Shown here in pieces: positions 8,081 through 14,897 of a stretch of 32,000 bases of DNA. The first letter of the stretch is position 1. Each line of letters opens with the position of its first letter. The translations under genes and the position numbers were made by a program. Under the pieces are notes generated by a model. The model was given only the letters and a program-made list of their open reading frames with translations. It searched no databases and was not told the DNA's origin. This stretch comes from Halorhodospira halophila SL1 (GTDB taxonomy: Bacteria > Pseudomonadota > Gammaproteobacteria > Nitrococcales > Halorhodospiraceae): NCBI RefSeq assembly GCF_000015585.1, contig NC_008789.1:120001-152000 (forward strand), in the 5' to 3' direction.

Positions 8081-8335
8081 ATGACCCGATCCGTGACCCT
8101 CTACGGCACCAGCGGCTGCCACCTCTGTGAAGAGGCCCGGGAGCTGATCGACCGCTACGCGGTCTATACGGCCCTGCAAGTGCACGAGGCCGATGTCCTC
8201 GAGCACTTCCCCGATACCCCCGAGCTTCAGGAACGCATCCCCTTCCTGGAGAGCGAGCAGATCGGCAGTCGCTTGTTCTGGCCGTTCGACACCGCCGATC
8301 TGCACCAGTGGCTACAAGGAGGGATGTCAACGTGA
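8081..8335 (+). CDS. Glutaredoxin-like thioredoxin-fold protein (CxxC)
   Basis: 84 aa, VTLYGTSGCHLCEEARELI, with a CHLC redox motif at the start of helix 1 and no signal peptide. Its stop TGA (8333..8335) overlaps the next gene's GTG (8332..8334). Confidence 0.7.
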   Translation: MTRSVTLYGTSGCHLCEEARELIDRYAVYTALQVHEADVLEHFPDTPELQERIPFLESEQIGSRLFWPFDTADLHQWLQGGMST

Positions 8336-8919
8336 CCCGGATCGCGGCACTGCTGCTGTGCCTGGCGGGCCTTGCGCCCGGTCTGGTCGCGGCACAGCAG
8401 GCGCCGCCGAACGACCTGCCCTTCGAGCCCGAAGACGAGGAGCGCTGGGTCCTGGTGGATACCGAGGCGTACCGGATGACCGTTTTCGAAGGGGAGCGCC
8501 CATTTGCGCATTTTGAAAACCCTGCCGTGGGCCGCTACGGCACGGCGGAAACCCGTCGGCGCGGAGACCGCACCACCCCCTTGGGCAAATTCCGCATTAA
8601 TCGGATCAATGAGCAGAGCGAATACCACCTTTTTCTCGGTCTCGATTACCCGAGCCTAGAAAACGCCCGCAAGGCCCGCGATGCCGGGACGATCAATCAG
8701 GAGGAATACCTGGAATTCCTCGATGACTTCGCCCGGCTGGGCCGCCCCCCTCAGGGGACGGCTTTGGGCGGCCACATCGGCATCCACGGTGTCGGCGACG
8801 GCGACGTCCAATTCCACCGGAATGTCAACTGGACAGATGGGTGCGTGGCCCTCGAGGACGACCAGATTGAGGCCCTAGCCAGCTTGGTAGGCATTGGCAC
8901 ACGGGTCTATATCCGCTAG
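8332..8919 (+). CDS. Secreted single-domain YkuD L,D-transpeptidase-fold protein, YafK/DpaA-like
   Basis: The GTG at 8332 is preceded by AAGGAGG (8316..8322). Signal peptide is TRIAALLLCLAGLAPGLVAA|QQ. The motifs GDRTTPLGKFRI, LGLDYPS, GGHIGIHG and NWTDGCVALEDDQIEAL match the recalled YafK-family pattern (GG.I.IHG ... DWT.GC.A), not the canonical SHGC[IV]R. Confidence 0.8.
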   Translation: MTRIAALLLCLAGLAPGLVAAQQAPPNDLPFEPEDEERWVLVDTEAYRMTVFEGERPFAHFENPAVGRYGTAETRRRGDRTTPLGKFRINRINEQSEYHLFLGLDYPSLENARKARDAGTINQEEYLEFLDDFARLGRPPQGTALGGHIGIHGVGDGDVQFHRNVNWTDGCVALEDDQIEALASLVGIGTRVYIR

Positions 8920-8974
8920 CATTCAAGAGACAGCGAGACGCAAAAAAAACTTTCACAACACAAGGAGATGCTCC

Positions 8975-9274
8975 ATGCCCCAACGTTTCGCGTCTGTTGC
9001 CAAGATTGCGGCCGTCGGCGCCGCCTTTGGCCTGGTCGCCGCCTGCGCCACCGTGGATGAAGACGAGATCGGTGCCGCCGTCGATCGCGAGATGGAGGAC
9101 CTCTACGCCGAGATGGACGAGACCCGCGCCATCGCCGAGGACGCCCGCGATACGGCCGAGGGCGCCGATGAGAAGGCGGCTGAGGCCCACAGCACCGCTG
9201 AGGAGGCCCTGCGCAAGGCTGAGGACAACGAGGAGAAGATCGACCGCATGTTCGAGCGGACGATGCAGAAGTAA
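8975..9274 (+). CDS. Lpp/OprI-like (alanine-zipper) outer-membrane lipoprotein with C-terminal Lys
   Basis: The ATG at 8975 follows a strong SD, AAGGAG (8962..8967). Signal peptide plus lipobox is GLVAA|C (Cys24), with Ala at +2. The mature protein is about 75 aa, Ala/Glu/Asp-rich and helical (AEDARDTAEGADEKAAEAHSTAEEALRKAEDNEEKIDRMFERTMQK), resembling OprI/Lpp. It ends in Lys and is followed by a strong terminator. Confidence 0.7.
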   Translation: MPQRFASVAKIAAVGAAFGLVAACATVDEDEIGAAVDREMEDLYAEMDETRAIAEDARDTAEGADEKAAEAHSTAEEALRKAEDNEEKIDRMFERTMQK

Positions 9275-9316
9275 GCGATGAGTCACACGGGGCGACACTA
9301 GACGCCCGGCATACCA

Positions 9317-9350
9317 GAAAGCCCGGCCCTGCGCCGGGCTTTCTCGTTTC
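9317..9350. terminator. Rho-independent-type terminator between convergent genes
   Basis: Perfect 11-bp stem GAAAGCCCGGC (9317..9327) / GCCGGGCTTTC (9333..9343), loop CCTGC, followed by TCGTTTC. Confidence 0.7.
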
Positions 9351-9370
9351 CGGGACGACGCCACCTCCCG

Positions 9371-10438
9371 CTACTCCTCCGCCCCCCACCGCGGGACTGC
9401 ATTGGTGCGCGAGACGCGGTAGATCCGCCCGTCCTGCTCATCGGCGGCCGCACGGACCTGGCCGCCATCCACCCGGTGGACCGCGTCCCCCAGGGCCCTG
9501 GCGACACTCTCCACGGCCAGCTCAACCCGCTCCGCCCGCTTCGGTTCGTCCTCCTCGAAGAACGGAAACGCCTGGAGATAGAGCAGCCCGTCGGCAGACC
9601 ACCCCGCCTGGAACGGCTGATTCACGATTTTCACTGAGGTCCCGACCGCCAATTGGTCGTAAAGGTAGTCGATATCCCGCGGATGCAGACGGATGCACCC
9701 GTGGGTGGCCCGCATACCGATGCCCCAGGGGCGGTTTGTCCCGTGCAACAGGTAGCCACTGATATCCAGCAGGATCGCGTGCCGGCCCAACGGATTGTCC
9801 GGCCCCGGGGGAACCTCGCGCGGCATGGTCTCGCCCCGCTGCTCGGCCTGCTTGCGGATCGACTCCGGCGGGTACCAAGCTGGATCCTGGATCTTCCCCG
9901 TGACCTCCGTCCGCCCCAGCGGCGTTGACCAGTCCATGCGGCCGATACTAACCGGAAATACCTCGACGACGTTCTCATCCTCCGGATAGTGATAGAGGCG
10001 CATCTCGGCCAGATTGATGACCACGCCTTCTCGGGGTGCATCCGGGAGGATGTAGCGCGATGGAATACGGATCTCAGCGCCCTCACCCGGCAACCAGGTA
10101 TCGACGCCGGGATTGGCCATACGGATCTGCTCATAACCGACGGCGTAGCGTTTGGCAACGTCCAGCAGGGTGTCATCGGCGCCCGCTTCAGCGGTCTGCT
10201 CTTCACCGACCACATCCACCCCCTCCGCTAGCTCGAAACGATGGAGGGCGCGATCCCACTCCTGCTCCTCGAAGCCGTCCTCGTCCACCTCTTCGCCGTC
10301 GCCCGCCTGCTCGGGAGGCAAGGCGTCCTCAGCGACCGCTGGTACCGCCAGCACCAGCCAGGCACCGAACACCAGTAACACAGCCCCAAACGTGGGGCCG
10401 CGCCAACGCGCCACGCCACCCGCGATGCGTCCTGCCAT
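9371..10438 (-). CDS. LysM-domain L,D-transpeptidase of the ErfK/YbiS/YcfS/YnhG type
   Basis: It has a signal peptide and a LysM-like segment DDTLLDVAKRYAVGYEQIRMANPGVDTWLPGEGAEIRIP. It also carries ILPDAPREGVVINLAEMRLYHYP..., PPGPDNPLGRHAILL, LLHGTN and THGCIRLHPRDI, which is nearly collinear with the E. coli Ldt family from memory. A C-terminal extra domain is present. Confidence 0.9.
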   Translation of the reverse strand: MAGRIAGGVARWRGPTFGAVLLVFGAWLVLAVPAVAEDALPPEQAGDGEEVDEDGFEEQEWDRALHRFELAEGVDVVGEEQTAEAGADDTLLDVAKRYAVGYEQIRMANPGVDTWLPGEGAEIRIPSRYILPDAPREGVVINLAEMRLYHYPEDENVVEVFPVSIGRMDWSTPLGRTEVTGKIQDPAWYPPESIRKQAEQRGETMPREVPPGPDNPLGRHAILLDISGYLLHGTNRPWGIGMRATHGCIRLHPRDIDYLYDQLAVGTSVKIVNQPFQAGWSADGLLYLQAFPFFEEDEPKRAERVELAVESVARALGDAVHRVDGGQVRAAADEQDGRIYRVSRTNAVPRWGAEE

Positions 10439-11044
10439 TTAGCCTATGCCCTGTAATGCTTCTCGGAGTTGCCAGAGCATACCTGCTGTCGCCCCCCAAA
10501 TCAGCTGCTCCTGATGGATCATCGCTGGAAAGCGCTGGACCCGACCGAGGGGGTCGGGCACGCGGACCTCGCCGTCGACCCGCCCCTCCCGGAGCCGCTC
10601 CAGCGGCAGCTCGAAGACCGCCTCGACTTCGCCCTCACAGGGAGACCAGGCAACCGGCTCACGCACCGCCGCCACCACCGGCTGGATCACAAAGCCGGTC
10701 CCGGTGTGATAGCGACCGAGCCGACCCAGAATATGCACCACACCCGGATCGAGGCCGACCTCTTCGTGGGCCTCGCGCAGGGCGGTCGCCTCCGGCGTCG
10801 GATCACCGGGATCGACTCGGCCACCGGGGAAGCTCACCTGCCCCGGGTGATCGCGCAGCCCCCCGGCGCGCCGGGTCAGAAGGATCCGCGACGCACCCTG
10901 CGGTTCGAGCAGGGCGATCAGCACCGCCGCTGGGACCGGAGATCCGGGGGATCGGCGCCACCCCCGCTCCGGCCAGGCCCGCCCCATCAGTCGGGCCCGC
11001 AGGGCCTCCGGGCAGCAGGCCGTTCCGGCCGCAGCGCGGGGCAT
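10439..11044 (-). CDS. nudL: CoA pyrophosphatase (Nudix hydrolase, NudL type)
   Basis: LLTRRAGGLRDHPGQVSFPGG matches the CoA-type Nudix motif LLTxR[SA]x3Rx3Gx3FPGG. The Nudix box is GGRVDPGDPTPEATALREAHEEVGL. Start is ATG at 11044, or TTG at 11059, which would overlap the lipA stop. Its stop TAA abuts the next ATG (TAAATG). Confidence 0.85.
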   Translation of the reverse strand: MPRAAAGTACCPEALRARLMGRAWPERGWRRSPGSPVPAAVLIALLEPQGASRILLTRRAGGLRDHPGQVSFPGGRVDPGDPTPEATALREAHEEVGLDPGVVHILGRLGRYHTGTGFVIQPVVAAVREPVAWSPCEGEVEAVFELPLERLREGRVDGEVRVPDPLGRVQRFPAMIHQEQLIWGATAGMLWQLREALQGIG

Positions 11045-11051
11045 GGCAAGG

Positions 11052-12056
11052 TCAGCCAACGTCCGGTCCGACGGAGGGAAGGCCGACGTTGTTCCCCTCC
11101 AGCACCCGGTCGGCGCGGTAACTCGAGCGCACCAGCGGCCCAGCTACAACCTCGCGGAACCCACGCCTGAGCCCCTCTTGCCGAAGGGCCTCGAATTCGT
11201 CGGGACTCACGAAACGCTCCACTGGGAGGTGGTTGCGGGTCGGCTGCAGGTACTGCCCGAGGGTGACGATGTCGACCTCCGCCCGAAGCAGGTCATCGAA
11301 CGCCTCGTCGATTTCCGCGTCGGTCTCGCCGAGACCGACCATCAAACTCGACTTGGTCAGCACCCCGGGGCGCAACCGCTTGGCCACCTGAAGCACCGCC
11401 AGGCTCTGCTCGTAGCCGGCGCGCGGATCACGCACCTGCGGCGACAGGCGTCGGACCACCTCGACGTTGTGGGCGAAGACCTCCAACCCGGAATCGACCA
11501 CGGTGCGCACAGCCTCCTCGTCGCCCCGAAAGTCCGGCGTCAGGGCCTCAACGGCGGTATCCGGATTATCGGCCTTGATCGCACGGACGCACTGGGCGTA
11601 GTGCTCTGCGCCGCCATCGGGCAGATCATCCCGGTCCACCGAGGTCAGCACCACGTACCGCAGCCCCATCAGACGGACTGACTCGGCGCAGTGTTCCGGC
11701 TCTTGGGGATCCAGCCGCCCCTTGGGGTTCCCGGTATCCACCGAGCAGAAACGGCAGGTACGGGTACAGACCGACCCGAGCACCATGAAGGTGGCGGTGC
11801 CGTGACTCCAGCACTCCCCGAGGTTGGGACAGTGGGACTCCTCGCACACGGTACTCAGGTGGTGGTCGTGGACAATGCCGCGCACGCTTCGGTAGCCCTC
11901 TCCGCCCGGCGCGCGGGCCTTGAGCCACTGGGGCTTGCGCCGACGCACCGCCCCTTGGCCATCATCACGGCGCTTAACACCGTCCTTGATGGTACGCACC
12001 CCATCGCGCTCGACCACGCTGCCGCTGCTCACCGGAATCCCCTTGAACTCGGACAT
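11052..12056 (-). CDS. lipA: Lipoyl synthase
   Basis: [13 protein letters not shown] (auxiliary cluster) and the radical-SAM motif CTRTCRFC, in a full-length 334-aa protein. Confidence 0.97.
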   Translation of the reverse strand: MSEFKGIPVSSGSVVERDGVRTIKDGVKRRDDGQGAVRRRKPQWLKARAPGGEGYRSVRGIVHDHHLSTVCEESHCPNLGECWSHGTATFMVLGSVCTRTCRFCSVDTGNPKGRLDPQEPEHCAESVRLMGLRYVVLTSVDRDDLPDGGAEHYAQCVRAIKADNPDTAVEALTPDFRGDEEAVRTVVDSGLEVFAHNVEVVRRLSPQVRDPRAGYEQSLAVLQVAKRLRPGVLTKSSLMVGLGETDAEIDEAFDDLLRAEVDIVTLGQYLQPTRNHLPVERFVSPDEFEALRQEGLRRGFREVVAGPLVRSSYRADRVLEGNNVGLPSVGPDVG

Positions 12057-12145
12057 ACCCTACCCTTCGCCTTAATCGAAACTGCGCCGCATTGTGAACC
12101 GGCATGGATTTATTGTACGCGCCGAGCCGCCCCCTGCCGAATCCA

Positions 12146-12190
12146 ACACCGAAGACCGCGCTGGACCGCTAAAGGTCGCGCCTTCGGTGT
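12146..12190. repeat. Imperfect inverted repeat / extended hairpin in the lipA-chaN-like divergent spacer
   Basis: ACACCGAAG (12146..12154) pairs with CTTCGGTGT (12182..12190). Inner GCGC/GCGC and GACC/GGTC segments surround the loop GCTAAA. It lies 43 nt upstream of the ATG at 12233. Confidence 0.5.
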
Positions 12191-12232
12191 CGGATCCCTA
12201 AGATGGACTCAAGGCCACAGGAGGGAGACCCC

Positions 12233-13363
12233 ATGCCCCACCCCCTGCCGCGCACCACCGTCTTGTTCGCCGGCCTGTTACTCGCCGGGAGCGCCCTCGC
12301 CAGCCCCTGCGCCGATCCGGGCCAGTGGTACGAACCGGCCGCCGAACGGACCCTCAACACCCAGGAAGTCCTCGACGCCCTCGACGGCGCTGAGTTCATC
12401 CTGCTTGGCGAGCGCCACGACGACGCCGCCCACCACCGCTGGCAACTCCATACCCTGGCAGCCCTGCAAGGGCGCGGCGAGCTGGCGGCGATCGGCTTCG
12501 AGATGTTCCCACGCAGCAAGCAGGCCCCCCTGGAGGACTGGCGTGCAGGCAAGCTGACGCGCGAGGCGTTTTTGGAAGCGAGCGAATGGCAGCGCGTCTG
12601 GGGCTACGATGCCGGACTCTATATGCCGCTGTTCGATTTCGTTCGCACCCACCGCGTACCCGCCCAGGCCCTCAATGTCGACCGAGCCACCGTGCGGGCG
12701 GTCCGTGAGCAGGGCTTCGACGCCCTGGATGAAGCCGAGCGGGAATCCGTCAGCAAGCCGGCCGAGGCCAGCGATGGCTATCGGGATCGTCTACAGCGGG
12801 TATTTCGCCACCATCCCGGGGCGGAGGACGACGATACGGCCGTCGATCGATTTATCGAGGCGCAGACCTTCTGGGATCGGGCCATGGCCGAGTCGATGGC
12901 CGCCGCCTACGAACAGCACGGTGGGGCGGTGGTCGGTATCGTCGGCCGAGGCCACGCCGAGTACGGCGACGGGATCGCCCACCAGCTCCAGGACCTCGGC
13001 TACGAACGGGTTCGCATCCTGCTGCCGCTCGACCACACCGCCGAGTGCCCGGACGCCGGGCAGGCGGACTTCCTCTTCGCCCTCGAGCCGGAGCGCCGCG
13101 GAACCGAGCCGCCACGCCTGGGCATCGCCATGGGGCACGAGGACTCGAAAGTGACCATCGTCGACGTCATGGCCGACACCCCGGCCGAGGAGGCCGGACT
13201 GGCCGCCGGTGACCGCATCCTCAAGGCGGCGGAAACCAAGATCGAGCACCCGAGCGACCTGCAACGGATCGTTGGCCGACAGGCGCCGGGCACCTGGCTG
13301 CCGATACGGATCGAGCGCGGTGGGGATGAACTGGAGAAGGTCGCACGCTTCCCTGCCGAGTGA
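12233..13363 (+). CDS. ChaN-like (haem-binding/Cofac_haem_bdg fold) periplasmic protein fused to a C-terminal PDZ domain
   Basis: The ATG at 12233 is preceded by AGGAGGGAG, and a signal peptide is present (TTVLFAGLLLAGSALA). FILLGERHDDAAHHRWQLHTL and IGFEMFP are typical of the ChaN family. The C-terminal GIAMGHEDSKVTIVDVMADTPAEEAGLAAGDRILKAAETKIEHPSDLQRIV...IRIERGG is PDZ-like. Confidence 0.7.
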   Translation: MPHPLPRTTVLFAGLLLAGSALASPCADPGQWYEPAAERTLNTQEVLDALDGAEFILLGERHDDAAHHRWQLHTLAALQGRGELAAIGFEMFPRSKQAPLEDWRAGKLTREAFLEASEWQRVWGYDAGLYMPLFDFVRTHRVPAQALNVDRATVRAVREQGFDALDEAERESVSKPAEASDGYRDRLQRVFRHHPGAEDDDTAVDRFIEAQTFWDRAMAESMAAAYEQHGGAVVGIVGRGHAEYGDGIAHQLQDLGYERVRILLPLDHTAECPDAGQADFLFALEPERRGTEPPRLGIAMGHEDSKVTIVDVMADTPAEEAGLAAGDRILKAAETKIEHPSDLQRIVGRQAPGTWLPIRIERGGDELEKVARFPAE

Positions 13364-13379
13364 CCGCAGGGATCGAATC

Positions 13380-13407
13380 GGCGACCGGGCCACACGGCCC
13401 GGTCGCC
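13380..13407. terminator. Perfect 12-bp GC hairpin between convergent genes
   Basis: GGCGACCGGGCC (13380..13391), loop ACAC, GGCCCGGTCGCC (13396..13407). There is no U-tract. Confidence 0.45.
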
Positions 13408-13416
13408 CCGATCGGA

Positions 13417-13725
13417 TCAAAGGGTCGAGAGCATGTACTCGATGGCCTTGACCAGATCCCCCCGGTCGGCGCGGCTCTCGTAAGCCGGCATAGCGCCTTT
13501 ACCCGACAGGGTGCTATCCACCAGCTCATCCACCGAGGAGGGCCGGTCTTCCCAGTCTTCCGGGGCGTTGAGTTTCGGCGCGCCAGCCACTCCGCGCTCA
13601 TGGCAGGAAGAACAGGTCGGCGACGTGCCGTTGGTGTAGATGGACTCGCCGTCTGCGAGGGCCACTCCCATTCCACCAAAAATCAGCGCCGTTGCGGTAC
13701 CCACGGCCAGAACAGTGCGTTTCAT
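13417..13725 (-). CDS. Cytochrome c5-family monohaem c-type cytochrome
   Basis: 102 aa with a signal peptide, CSSCH haem motif, GAPKL...W...LSGKGAMP...DLVKAIEYM in the c5 pattern, and SD GAGGAG. Confidence 0.85.
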   Translation of the reverse strand: MKRTVLAVGTATALIFGGMGVALADGESIYTNGTSPTCSSCHERGVAGAPKLNAPEDWEDRPSSVDELVDSTLSGKGAMPAYESRADRGDLVKAIEYMLSTL

Positions 13726-13943
13726 GATCGGCTACTCCTCGGTCGTCCCGTTTATACTTATTCGCGTCCCCATATCAGGTTCGCGGAATAGCCCGTTGGT
13801 ATTACCCTGTGGAGGTATTCGGGTGTCTTCGGCAACCGGGCCGGAGACACCGCCATGAGGCTACTCTCGTATTCTATCCCATACGGTCGCAAACCGGTAC
13901 CACAAATCGCCCACAGTCCATCAGCGCTTGTTCAGCGCGGCGC

Positions 13944-14795
13944 CTACACCGAGATCGTGATCTCTTCCAGGGCCTGCTCGAGGCAGTCAGCGCCCCGGCG
14001 CCAGCCCGGCTCGAGCATGGTGGCGTGACCGGCCCCGGGGATCCAACGCGGTTCGACGCCGTACAGCCACGCCGTGGTCCGCACCATCCACTGCGGGATG
14101 ATCACGTCCTCTTCGGCACCGATCACCGCCACCGGCACCGAAACGCCCCCCCAGCGCGGCCAACGCGGGAAGCTCATCTCGAATAGCGCCAGCTGCGACT
14201 CCGGCTGCAGACGGCTGGTGTAATCGAGCAGCACCTCGGGCTCCATCTCCTCGGCAAACAGGGCCCGGCGGGCCTCGTCCATATCGACCCAGGCCGGTCC
14301 GAACCCCTGGAGCATGCCCATCTGCCAGAGCAACCACGGCTCGGTGAGCATCATCTGCATCCCGGAGGGGGCCAGGCCGGTTGGCGGGACCGAGGCCAGC
14401 AGGACCGCACCTGCCGCCGGTACGCCCTGGCGCAGGGCGATGTCTACCACCAACCCACCCATGGAGTGGCCAATGAGCACCGGAGGACGCGGCAGCGACT
14501 CGACGGCCTCGGCCACGTCATCGACGTAGTGGCTCAGCGAGGCCGAGTTGAGGGCCTCCCGACCAGCACTGGCCCCGTGGCCACGCAGACTAAGCGCATG
14601 AGCCTCGTGCCCCAGGCCGGCGAAGTGTGGGAGGTAGTGGACTTCCCAGCACCAGGCGCCGGTGAAGGCGCCGTGGATGAACAGTAACGGCGGCGCGGCA
14701 TCCGCGGTCCCATCGCCACCGGAGCCGGAGTACTGGATCACCTCCAGCCCCGCCTCCCGGCCGCCGCCTCCAATCCCCCCGAAAGTTGCGTACAT
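13944..14795 (-). CDS. Alpha/beta-fold hydrolase
   Basis: LLFIHGAF..., nucleophile elbow GHSMGG, and C-terminal GAGHATMLE (catalytic His context). Substrate is unknown. Confidence 0.8.
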   Translation of the reverse strand: MYATFGGIGGGGREAGLEVIQYSGSGGDGTADAAPPLLFIHGAFTGAWCWEVHYLPHFAGLGHEAHALSLRGHGASAGREALNSASLSHYVDDVAEAVESLPRPPVLIGHSMGGLVVDIALRQGVPAAGAVLLASVPPTGLAPSGMQMMLTEPWLLWQMGMLQGFGPAWVDMDEARRALFAEEMEPEVLLDYTSRLQPESQLALFEMSFPRWPRWGGVSVPVAVIGAEEDVIIPQWMVRTTAWLYGVEPRWIPGAGHATMLEPGWRRGADCLEQALEEITISV

Positions 14796-14897
14796 TCAGC
14801 CTCCCGCGTTGAGCGCCCCATGTGCTCAGGGTGCCCGGATCAGGTAAGCTGCTTATTCCACACCGATCACCACACTATATTCAACTCGAGCGCCCCC

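Noticed and set aside
10036-11121. 361-aa Pro/Arg-rich plus-strand ORF
   Set aside because: It is out of frame or antisense over the LysM L,D-transpeptidase and Nudix genes. It has extreme P/R/A composition and no start context.
12104-12172. 22-codon ORF (MDLLYAPSRPLPNPTPKTALDR) in the lipA/ChaN-like spacer
   Set aside because: There is no SD, no codon bias can be judged at this length, and it overlaps the hairpin. The evidence is insufficient for a small-protein or uORF call.
13726-13943. Possible tRNA or known riboswitch in the 218-nt spacer (GGTTCG-like segment at about 13778)
   Set aside because: No cloverleaf can be drawn: there is no acceptor-stem complement and no T-loop GTTCGAATC. 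No riboswitch consensus was recognised.
14820-14897. 26-codon N-terminal extension of pepN
   Set aside because: PepN homologues begin near MS..RPQTIRLRDY. The extension (MCSGCPDQVSCLFHTDHH...) lies in the divergent promoter spacer.
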